From assembly GCA_041661745.1 (NCBI GenBank), contig JBAZTR010000004.1:76999-140998 (forward strand): DNA of 64,000 nt, in the 5' to 3' direction. This DNA is from Patescibacteria group bacterium (GTDB taxonomy: Bacteria > Patescibacteriota > Patescibacteriia > UBA9934 > GWF2-40-263). The first letter of the stretch is position 1, and the number at the start of each line of letters is the position of its first letter. The notes under the pieces were generated by a model that did no database searches, was not told where the DNA came from, and saw nothing but the letters and a program-made list of their open reading frames with translations. The position numbers and the translations under genes are program-made. This document shows positions 53,730 to 61,883 of the stretch, in pieces.

Positions 53730-55760
53730 TTAAAGACTGGACATGTTCTGGCGAATTCTTTCCGCTTCGGCTTCACCAGAAGGCGAACCGTCAAGAATTG
53801 GGGCGGCAGGCACCGGCTCTTCGAGCGGCGAGGTTTCTTTCTCCACCGGAGCCGCCTCAATAGCCATTTTGGCTTCAAAATCTTTTCGAGCTTTTTCAAT
53901 TTCTAATAATTGTTGCGGGTTGGTTGTAACTAATTGATCTTCAGTGTAAGAAGCAACAACTTTCATGGCCACATGTTTTTGACCGGCAAAAAAGAGTCCT
54001 TCACCAACACCGGATTCAAGCAAAAGATATTTTTCACCATCGGTTAAATTAAAAGTCTTTTGAATTAGGTCGGCCGAAGCTGCCGATTGCTTTAACAAAA
54101 ATTGCATGGATGAGTTGGTAACAATAGCTTGGCCGTAAGGTGAAAGCAAAAAGTCGTTAACGTCCTGGGTAATGGTGGTAATACCCAAATAATACTTACG
54201 ACAGCGCTTAACCAACGCATGAACAAACTTGGCCGAATCTTCATGGGTCATTAACCACCAGGCCTCGTCAATAATTAAAATACGTTTCTTGCGTTCTGAA
54301 CGAACGGTGTTCCAAATATAATTAATGATGGTGTAAATGGCCATTGGTCTAAGTTCATCTTCCAAATCACGCACAGAAAAAATTACCAATTGGTTGTTCA
54401 TTTCAACCGTGGTCGGCGAATTCAACAAACCGGAAAAAGTTCCGTCGGTATATTTGGTAAGGCGAGCCACTAAGTTATCGGCCCCGGACATCCCCGAAAG
54501 AACATCAATAAAGTCCGACAACACCGGCGGCTCAACCACTGATAAATCAATCGTATCGGCAGTAATATCTTTTTTAGCGTAGGCTTCAAGCAAAGCGCGG
54601 TCTAAAATAGAATCCTCTTCTGGAGTAAAGCCGATGACACCAGCCCCGCCCTGCGGTTGACCAACCATGATCCGCAACAAACCCTTAATGGTAATAATGG
54701 CACTGCGAATAATATCTTCCACTTTGGTTTCTTCACCTTTTGGCCTGGGCAAATCAAAGGGGTTTATTTTGGCTTGGCTGGCCAAAGAAACGTTAACATA
54801 CGTACCGCCAACCGCTTCACACAAATGCTTATACTCCATTTCCGGATCAATGATGATTATATCAACCCCCATCATGAGCGAACGCAAAACCTCCAATTTA
54901 ACCATGTAAGACTTACCAGCTCCGGAAGTCGCAAAAACCACAGCATTGGCGTTTTGCAAACTAAAACGATCAAAAAGAATCAGACTATTGTTGTGACGAT
55001 TAATGCCGTAAAGAATACCGTTATCCGAAGTCAGATCAGAAGAGATGAAAGGAAACGAAGCGGCAATTGGCGAAGTGTTCATGTTGTAGGTAATCATGAG
55101 CTCGTCATTGGCCAAAGGTAAAGTGGAGTTAAAACCTTGTTCGGCTTGGTAAAAACCCTTTTTACTAAAAATTAATTTGCTGCCGAATTCTGATTCAATA
55201 TCCACGGATAATTTATTAAGTTCGTCTAAAGACTTGGCGTAAATTGTAAGGTAAAAAGCAAACTGAAAAAAATGTTCAGTTCCTTGAGTTAAAGCGTCAC
55301 GCAAGGCCTCGATGTCGCGCAAAGCGGTTTCACGAAGTGGATCGCGCGGTTTACCCTTCTCCGCGTCCATGCCCAAACCAGCTTCCAGATAACCGACACG
55401 TTTTTGCAGCTGTTTTAAAATAACCCCGGCTTTGACCGGATAAAAATACATGGCTAAATCAAAAGTCTTATTAAGATTAATAATTGAGGCTGACCAACCA
55501 AGACCGATATAGCGCGGATAAGTAATAACAAAAATGGTCCGAATATAAACTCCGGACAAAACAAGATAATTCGGAGTTACCTGAAACGAAGCCGGCGCAA
55601 TTATGTCATTTACCGTTACCACGCCCCGCCGATAAAGCCGTTCCTCTTCAAGAGTGGCTTTTTCTTCAAGGATTTTTTGCTGTTCCGGCGGCAATGGTTT
55701 GGGAGCTTTCAAATGCCCGTCGGGAGCGATTATTTTTTCTTTTGCCAATTCAATAGCCAT
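53730..55760 (-). CDS. VirB4/TraC/CagE-family type IV secretion ATPase, C-terminal about 75% of the protein
   Basis: Walker A FATSGAGKSY, Walker B RILIIDEAWWLM, and the upstream VirB4 middle-domain motif YIRTIFVITYPRYIGLGWSASIINL...DLAMYFYPV. Confidence 0.8.
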   Translation of the reverse strand: MAIELAKEKIIAPDGHLKAPKPLPPEQQKILEEKATLEEERLYRRGVVTVNDIIAPASFQVTPNYLVLSGVYIRTIFVITYPRYIGLGWSASIINLNKTFDLAMYFYPVKAGVILKQLQKRVGYLEAGLGMDAEKGKPRDPLRETALRDIEALRDALTQGTEHFFQFAFYLTIYAKSLDELNKLSVDIESEFGSKLIFSKKGFYQAEQGFNSTLPLANDELMITYNMNTSPIAASFPFISSDLTSDNGILYGINRHNNSLILFDRFSLQNANAVVFATSGAGKSYMVKLEVLRSLMMGVDIIIIDPEMEYKHLCEAVGGTYVNVSLASQAKINPFDLPRPKGEETKVEDIIRSAIITIKGLLRIMVGQPQGGAGVIGFTPEEDSILDRALLEAYAKKDITADTIDLSVVEPPVLSDFIDVLSGMSGADNLVARLTKYTDGTFSGLLNSPTTVEMNNQLVIFSVRDLEDELRPMAIYTIINYIWNTVRSERKKRILIIDEAWWLMTHEDSAKFVHALVKRCRKYYLGITTITQDVNDFLLSPYGQAIVTNSSMQFLLKQSAASADLIQKTFNLTDGEKYLLLESGVGEGLFFAGQKHVAMKVVASYTEDQLVTTNPQQLLEIEKARKDFEAKMAIEAAPVEKETSPLEEPVPAAPILDGSPSGEAEAERIRQNMSSL

Positions 55761-55764
55761 AAAA

Positions 55765-56448
55765 TTAAACAGTTGGAGTTTCTTCGTGACGAACTTTGGA
55801 AATATCGCCTAGTTTTTCTTCGGCAAAAACATCGGGGTTATAACATTCATAAAACAATTCAATTAAACCCTGGGTGTCGAGTAAAACACCGCCAACACCC
55901 AAACTGGTCAATTGACCGTTGATCGATTCGGCTTTTTTTAACAATTCTTCTTTTCGTTCCAAAAATTGTTTTTCTTTTAACTTTATGCCCAAGGCCGGCG
56001 AAACCGCTTCGGAAAACCTGGTCCAAAAATTTTTGCGTTTGCTGCGCGCCGGATCAAACACCACGACCACATAAAAACGTTTTTGCATAATCTCCCCCAT
56101 TTCCACCAGCTCTTGAACAAACCCGCGGTAGTCGGCAATTTGTGTTTTTAAAAGTTCGTTGGAAATGTCGCGCTCGCGTTTAGCCAACGACAAAAGATAA
56201 GGATCGATATTCATTTTTCGCGACTGGATGACAATTTGCAGTGGCGTTTCCAAGCCGTTTAAAAAAGACATATATGCCTGAACAATCGCCTCTTGTTCAT
56301 CGACTGATTTAAGGGCGAAGTTGATACTGGAAACCATTAAGACAGCGCGAAGCGTGCCGTCTTTCATAATAACGGTATCATCGCGAATTTCCGCGATATC
56401 AAGGTAACGCTTAGTGGCTTGTCCTGGTTTGGCTGGCGCGGTAGGCAT
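55765..56448 (-). CDS. VirB4-family N-terminal domain encoded as a separate ORF (split or frameshifted VirB4)
   Basis: IMKDGTLRAVLMVSSINFALKSVDEQEAIVQAYMSFLNGLETPLQIVIQSRKMN resembles the A. tumefaciens VirB4 N-terminus as recalled. Ends TAA four nucleotides before the next ATG, in a different frame. Confidence 0.5.
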   Translation of the reverse strand: MPTAPAKPGQATKRYLDIAEIRDDTVIMKDGTLRAVLMVSSINFALKSVDEQEAIVQAYMSFLNGLETPLQIVIQSRKMNIDPYLLSLAKRERDISNELLKTQIADYRGFVQELVEMGEIMQKRFYVVVVFDPARSKRKNFWTRFSEAVSPALGIKLKEKQFLERKEELLKKAESINGQLTSLGVGGVLLDTQGLIELFYECYNPDVFAEEKLGDISKVRHEETPTV

Positions 56449-56450
56449 AA

Positions 56451-56888
56451 TTATTCTTCCGGCTTATAAGCTCCGCCGGTATTAACTAATAAAGTAAGTT
56501 CCTGCAAACGCGAACCGCCCGGCGCGGCTTTACGTGCCGCGGGCGGCGGTGGCATAGCTGGTGGGGCCACCATGTATTGACGCAGTTCAGCATCGTTTAG
56601 TTTTTTATCCCAAACGCGTAGTTTGGGTTTGCGGATTGATTGAATTAAATTTAGCAGAAAAAAATGGAAAGGCATGCCGTTAACTTTAGCAAAAGCGAAA
56701 ATTACAACGATCGTAAAAATCGGAATGCCGGTGATAAGAAAAAAAATAAAACTTAAAATTTTCCACAAAGCCACGTCAACCAAAACTCCAATTAACAAAG
56801 TTAAAAATTGTCGCACTGAAAGCGGCCCGAGAATTTTGTCCTCGACTTCAATAAATTGTGGCACGGTATACTGACTTTCAGCTGGCAT
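56451..56888 (-). CDS. small two-TM protein, VirB3/PrgI/TcpE-like by position
   Basis: 145 aa with a hydrophobic hairpin (LIGVLVDVALWKILSFIFFLITGIPIFTIVVIFAFA), immediately upstream of the VirB4 N-domain; Pro-rich tail. Confidence 0.4.
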   Translation of the reverse strand: MPAESQYTVPQFIEVEDKILGPLSVRQFLTLLIGVLVDVALWKILSFIFFLITGIPIFTIVVIFAFAKVNGMPFHFFLLNLIQSIRKPKLRVWDKKLNDAELRQYMVAPPAMPPPPAARKAAPGGSRLQELTLLVNTGGAYKPEE

Positions 56889-56891
56889 AAT

Positions 56892-58550
56892 TTAGAATCG
56901 CAACATTCCATTTAAAGAATTAATTGCGTGGACTTCTTCAATGGTCAAAGACGGCTGTTTGGCAACAAGACGCTCCTTGGCAATTACTTCAACCGGCTGA
57001 CCGGCGATTAAAGCGGCCTGACTCATGGCCAAGTACAACTGATTTGTCGGCGAAGAGCGCCAGGCTTTGACCGCGGAAATTTTTTGACCAACTCCCTGCT
57101 CTTCCAAAAGATTAATCTTGTCGTGAATTTTTATAACCGCTTCATCTGGGTCCGAAGACAAGCGACGAAACTCATCAAGCGAAAGATTTTTTAATTCATC
57201 AAGCGGACCGGACAATCGCCGCGACGGCGCGACAATATCAACCATTTGCGGTCGACCGTTATTTGATTGCGGCGGCCTTGAAGCCGATGAAACCACCGGC
57301 GTCACTGGTTTTGGCGGGGCGACTTTTGGCTTGGCCGCTTTAGCTTTTTCAGCGGCAATTTTTTCAGCTTCAACTTTGGCCGCGACTTTGGCTTCGTTTG
57401 CCACTACTTTTCCTTTTTCTATTCTTAGCTTATCAACAATTTGTTGTTCACCGACTATTTTTTCTAATTCTTCCATTACCCGAACCAATGCCGCGCCACT
57501 AATTGCTAAGCCACCTTGATCAATCGGCCGCTCTAAAAGATCACGTGTTTCAAAAGCATCACGAACATCTTTTAAACGAGCCTCCACGGCCCCGACAAAC
57601 TTTTTTTGTACAACCTCATCAAATTTCAAACCGACTTTTTCTTCAAGCTGTTTTACTATTTGTTCAGAGGAAAGCGGTGTACTGACCACCGGGGTTGGTT
57701 TTTCAGTTTTAAGTTCTTCCATTACAAACGGGGCCGCGATTTTCTTTACCTCTCCTTGGCTTTGTACCCCTCTCCCCGACCCTCCCCCTGCTAAGAAAGC
57801 AGATGGGGGAGGGAGTGGTGCCGGACGAACCGGCGGCGCGACTGGAGTAACCGCCGGCACCGGCCGGACGGCTGGCGGTTTGATATCAACCATTTGTCTC
57901 GGCGATACGGGTTTGGCTGGCACGACCACCGGACGGGTTTTAATTAAACCACCGGCTTTGGTTAAAAATCTATCCAATAAATTTTTAGCATCAACCTCGG
58001 TCATGTTTAATCCGCCCACCTTTTCCGAACGAACGAAGGCAGCAAGAGTTTCCTCTTTTGTTCGCGTGCCGTCCATTAATGAATTCAGAATAAAAACCAA
58101 ACGGCTTTGTTCCAATTTATCAGACAAAGCCACACCTAATTCCGCCAAAACTTTTTCCACTGGTTCGGCCGAATCTTTTTCAACAGGATTTGAAGCAGAA
58201 AGACGTGGCACGTTTTTGAAAGCCGCGGGATCGCCACCCCATTCTTTTATTCTTTCTTCAACACTGTTTCCAAAAAAATAAGAAATTGGCAACAAACGGT
58301 TTCCAGCTAAATCAACGGCAATTTTATTCGCAACTTCCCAATCAACGTCGAGTTCAGACAAAATCATCGTCGGGAGAATTTCCAATAAGTCTTCTTCTAA
58401 AGCCACCTGCTCTACCAATCTTAACAAAGTCATTGTTTTTTCTTTAGGCAAACCAAACTTGGCCCCGGTTTTTTCTGCCCACTCTGGCCCGGTGGCGTCA
58501 ACAAGAAAATCCTGGATATTTTCGGGAAGTTCAGAAAAACTTTTCATCAC
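56892..58550 (-). CDS. hypothetical protein with a Pro-rich low-complexity core
   Basis: 552 aa with a PVxP/AxP repeat region in the middle; located inside the T4SS-like cluster. Confidence 0.4.
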   Translation of the reverse strand: MMKSFSELPENIQDFLVDATGPEWAEKTGAKFGLPKEKTMTLLRLVEQVALEEDLLEILPTMILSELDVDWEVANKIAVDLAGNRLLPISYFFGNSVEERIKEWGGDPAAFKNVPRLSASNPVEKDSAEPVEKVLAELGVALSDKLEQSRLVFILNSLMDGTRTKEETLAAFVRSEKVGGLNMTEVDAKNLLDRFLTKAGGLIKTRPVVVPAKPVSPRQMVDIKPPAVRPVPAVTPVAPPVRPAPLPPPSAFLAGGGSGRGVQSQGEVKKIAAPFVMEELKTEKPTPVVSTPLSSEQIVKQLEEKVGLKFDEVVQKKFVGAVEARLKDVRDAFETRDLLERPIDQGGLAISGAALVRVMEELEKIVGEQQIVDKLRIEKGKVVANEAKVAAKVEAEKIAAEKAKAAKPKVAPPKPVTPVVSSASRPPQSNNGRPQMVDIVAPSRRLSGPLDELKNLSLDEFRRLSSDPDEAVIKIHDKINLLEEQGVGQKISAVKAWRSSPTNQLYLAMSQAALIAGQPVEVIAKERLVAKQPSLTIEEVHAINSLNGMLRF

Positions 58551-58559
58551 AAAATTAAA

Positions 58560-61316
58560 TTATAATATTCCCGGCCCTCTTTTTGCTCTATCAAGTTCTT
58601 TTTTCGCATCTCTAAATTTCTTGGCCAAAATTTTTAATTCCTCAGCCGCATCTCCCAAAGTTCTACCGTCTGGAACATTTCGTGTGGCAATTTGTCTCTG
58701 CACTTTTGTAATTTCTTCTTTAAGACGATTCACTTCATCCTGGGCAATATAATGAACACCTGGGGCTGTCTTTCTTTTCTTCGCAGCTTCAATATCATAG
58801 GTTAAATTCTGAAAACTTCCACGTAAATTTTTGATAGCCTCAACCGCTCTAATTAATGAACTTGAATCTTCTCCACCATGGGCTTCTCCACCGAAGGTTG
58901 CTTCAACATTAATAGCACGGGTGGTCAAGGTGTCTTTAGGATCTTTCTTGTCTTCAACCAGAGCAAAAACGTAATTCAAATCAGCTAGAGCTTTCTTTTG
59001 TTCTTCCCCGGTTGTTGTTTTAGCTTTCTTTAATAATTTTTTAACAACATCGGGTGATAATTCCCTAACCAGTGCCAATGGCGGCTCTCCGCCTTTTTCT
59101 GTTGATTCCCTAATGGCTTGAAGTAAAACCTGCGGGTCAGCAACGACTGCGGCAGAAAAGTCTTTTTTTGCCTCGTCGTTTTCGAATCTTCCGTCTTCCC
59201 TAAAATCAAAAGCTTTTGTTGTTGAAGCTAAACCGCTACTGGCCAATTTTTGGCGAAAGGATGCTCGCTCTTTGGAACCCTTACCGGCTAATCCGGCCGC
59301 CAAAACGGCGTTTGGATCTTTAACTCGGTCTCGCCATGCATCAATATCTTTTCTACTGCCACTAGCAACAGCTTTGGCAACCTGCTCTGGTTCGGAACCT
59401 ATAGTAGCCGCCGCAGACGTTAACAATGCCTTTTGTCCATCTTCCCAAGCTTTTTTCTTGTCACGACCAAATTGTCCATTCTTTAAAGCGTCGATCGCAG
59501 AAATCATGTCGGGCTCACCAGTATCGGTTCCGTCAGGATTCTTTTTAGTAACAAACTTGCCATTGGCATCTTTTTTTTGAACATCAATTTGTCCCAAGCG
59601 AGCAACAACATCTTTATTAGATAATTGTGAGCCAGACAGATTATTTACAGCATCCCAATCTCCATCTTGCAAGGCTTCCGTAATTTGATCTTTGCCAAAC
59701 AAGCTTGGAGTACTCTTCTTCAAATCCTTCATTTGCTTTTGGAAACCAGCATCACCCTTAAAAGTACTTTCAACCAAAGACATGACACTGTTTCCGGTCA
59801 AAGAATCCTTGGAACCAAGGAAACCTTGGAGTTGGGCAAATTTAGCCGGATCATTCATGACACTTGGATCGCCTAATAATTGCTTCATGCGCGCCATTGT
59901 TTCGAGGCGCTCATCAGCTCCAAGACCAAGAGAGGCTCCGCTGTACCTGGTCAAAACTTGATCCGCGGTCATGGTTGACTTGGCTTTTTGTTCGGCACGA
60001 GCGGCCCGACCAGCCAAACCCTGAGCTTCCAATTTTGAAGCCGCGCCACGCAATGAAGCTGGCATTCCTTGAGATTTTGCTACCTTACCAGCCGTATCAG
60101 TGGCGAGATCTTTAACAGCGCTCACTCCCCGGCCAACACTCTGTCTGTACCCCCACTTTCCTAAACCCTTAGCCCCCTGCAAACCATAACGCGCGCTAGC
60201 CGCACCAACCACACCAGCTGCAGCAATTGGTGCTGAGGCAACGGCGCGGCCAGTTGATTTGGCAGTTCCTAAAATTTTGCCCATGGTGCTATCGGCCGAT
60301 TGACAAACATCATTAGCTGTATCAAGACCAATAACCAGAAGAGCAATACCGACAATAAAAGTAATTAAACGACCGGGATCCAAAGCTGCCGAAAAAATTT
60401 CTATTTCTGGGGAGCCGTTGGTATCAAATCCAGCAATTTCAGAACCGCTACCGGCCACAGCTAAGGCTAACCATAAAAAGAAAGCGAGAATCGGACCCAT
60501 TATTAATGAACAGGTAAATTTACTCCACCATTGTTTGTAACCATCAAACCCTTTTGAAAAAATTCCATCAAGAGATTTTGTGAACCAAGCCAATGGAGCA
60601 ATAGTTACTAATCCCCAAAGAAGAACGATGCGATAAAGAAAGGCAATAATCATGAAAGTGATTGTTACCAAAACTATCAACATCATGATTAAAGCAACCA
60701 TGGCCGACAAAAGAATTTCGCTGTTAGTAAGAGCTGTGTTTGCTGTTGATGTGCCGCTCATGATGTCGTTCAAACCGAACATTTGGATAAAATTTCCGCC
60801 GGCAATATCCTTAACAGCATTAATGAAAGTCAGCATGAAAACCTGGCTAAAATCAATCAGAATACCGCAGATCATGCGACTAAAGTTGATGAAAATTGCC
60901 ATCAAAAGCAGGCGTGGCACTTGCTGGCGCCATTTGAATCTTTCAATTCCCAAAATAGTACCAAAGGCAATTAAAATAAAAATTATGACAAAAAACATGT
61001 TGACCGAGTCACGGACTACGGCCCAACCGGCGCCAATAACCGGAGAATTAACGAAATCATTATATTGGGCGATTGGCATTAAAACGCCGCCAATAAATAA
61101 AACCACCACTTTGCCGGTCAATTGAGCAAACACGGTAATAGCACTCGCCAACCAGCCCATAAGAGTATCGATTGGACCAGAGCTGGCCGCCTGGACTTGT
61201 CTGGCAAAAAGTAAACCTAAAAAAACAACGGAAAAAACCGCCTTGCCACGACGCCAAAATTTTGCCGAAGGCAACGCAAGTATGGCTCCGAGTTTCCGGA
61301 GCATTATCCTCTTCAT
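58560..61316 (-). CDS. VirB6/TrbL-like polytopic membrane protein with a long hydrophilic C-terminal extension
   Basis: Signal-like N-terminus, six to eight TM helices in the first 330 aa or so, then about 580 aa of charged, Ala/Lys-rich sequence. Head of the VirB-like gene string. Confidence 0.45.
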   Translation of the reverse strand: MKRIMLRKLGAILALPSAKFWRRGKAVFSVVFLGLLFARQVQAASSGPIDTLMGWLASAITVFAQLTGKVVVLFIGGVLMPIAQYNDFVNSPVIGAGWAVVRDSVNMFFVIIFILIAFGTILGIERFKWRQQVPRLLLMAIFINFSRMICGILIDFSQVFMLTFINAVKDIAGGNFIQMFGLNDIMSGTSTANTALTNSEILLSAMVALIMMLIVLVTITFMIIAFLYRIVLLWGLVTIAPLAWFTKSLDGIFSKGFDGYKQWWSKFTCSLIMGPILAFFLWLALAVAGSGSEIAGFDTNGSPEIEIFSAALDPGRLITFIVGIALLVIGLDTANDVCQSADSTMGKILGTAKSTGRAVASAPIAAAGVVGAASARYGLQGAKGLGKWGYRQSVGRGVSAVKDLATDTAGKVAKSQGMPASLRGAASKLEAQGLAGRAARAEQKAKSTMTADQVLTRYSGASLGLGADERLETMARMKQLLGDPSVMNDPAKFAQLQGFLGSKDSLTGNSVMSLVESTFKGDAGFQKQMKDLKKSTPSLFGKDQITEALQDGDWDAVNNLSGSQLSNKDVVARLGQIDVQKKDANGKFVTKKNPDGTDTGEPDMISAIDALKNGQFGRDKKKAWEDGQKALLTSAAATIGSEPEQVAKAVASGSRKDIDAWRDRVKDPNAVLAAGLAGKGSKERASFRQKLASSGLASTTKAFDFREDGRFENDEAKKDFSAAVVADPQVLLQAIRESTEKGGEPPLALVRELSPDVVKKLLKKAKTTTGEEQKKALADLNYVFALVEDKKDPKDTLTTRAINVEATFGGEAHGGEDSSSLIRAVEAIKNLRGSFQNLTYDIEAAKKRKTAPGVHYIAQDEVNRLKEEITKVQRQIATRNVPDGRTLGDAAEELKILAKKFRDAKKELDRAKRGPGIL

Positions 61317-61385
61317 AGTTGAGAACAGTATAACATATTTTATCTTGATTAAGCAGTGGAAAACTTGGCCCTATCGGATTACCTC

Positions 61386-61837
61386 TCCCCCCTACCCCTC
61401 TCCTTCGTAAGGAGAGGGGCTTTTGGATCTATTTAATAAAAACGTTTTGATCGTTTCTAAAACTACTTCTATGTGATAATTAATATCGAAATTACTAAAT
61501 CTTAAAACCACTAGACCAAGAGATTCCAAAAAGCTCTGACGATTAATATCGTTTTCTTTAATTTTCGGATCTTGATGAATTTTACCGTCAATTTCTATAA
61601 CCAGACGCAGTTTTGGACAATAAAAATCGACAAAATACTGCCCAATGTTTACCTGACGACGAAATTTCTGATCGGCAATTTGTTTCTTTTTTAGAAACAT
61701 CCAGAGACGATCTTCATAAACAGTCGCCTCCCGACGTAATTTGCGACGAGTTTCTTTAGTTTCCGGCCGATTGAATAGCTTAGTTATAAAACTGGACCTC
61801 CCCTCTCCTTTACGAAGGAGAGGGGTTAGGGGGTAAG
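61386..61837. mobile_element. DUF559 endonuclease-like gene bracketed by 33-bp inverted repeats, each containing a CCCCTCTCC/GGAGAGGGG hairpin
   Basis: Left repeat cccccctacccctctccttcgtaaggagagggg (61386-61418). The reverse complement of the right repeat (61804-61837) is ccccctaacccctctccttcgtaaaggagagggg. The stop-to-stop open frame runs exactly between the outer edges of the two repeats. Confidence 0.55.
61392..61700 (-). CDS. DUF559 (Vsr-like endonuclease-fold) protein, probably N-terminally truncated or degenerate
   Basis: FRRQVNIGQYFVDFYCPKLRLVIEIDGKIHQD...DINRQSFLESLGLVVLRFSNFDI matches DUF559. The conserved upstream segment ...RRKLRREATVYEDRLW is in frame but has no ATG before 61700. 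Confidence 0.55.
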   Translation of the reverse strand: MFLKKKQIADQKFRRQVNIGQYFVDFYCPKLRLVIEIDGKIHQDPKIKENDINRQSFLESLGLVVLRFSNFDINYHIEVVLETIKTFLLNRSKSPSPYEGEG

Positions 61838-61883
61838 GTTAGATAAAAATCCCGACGCGGAAAGAACCGCCTCGGGAATGAAT

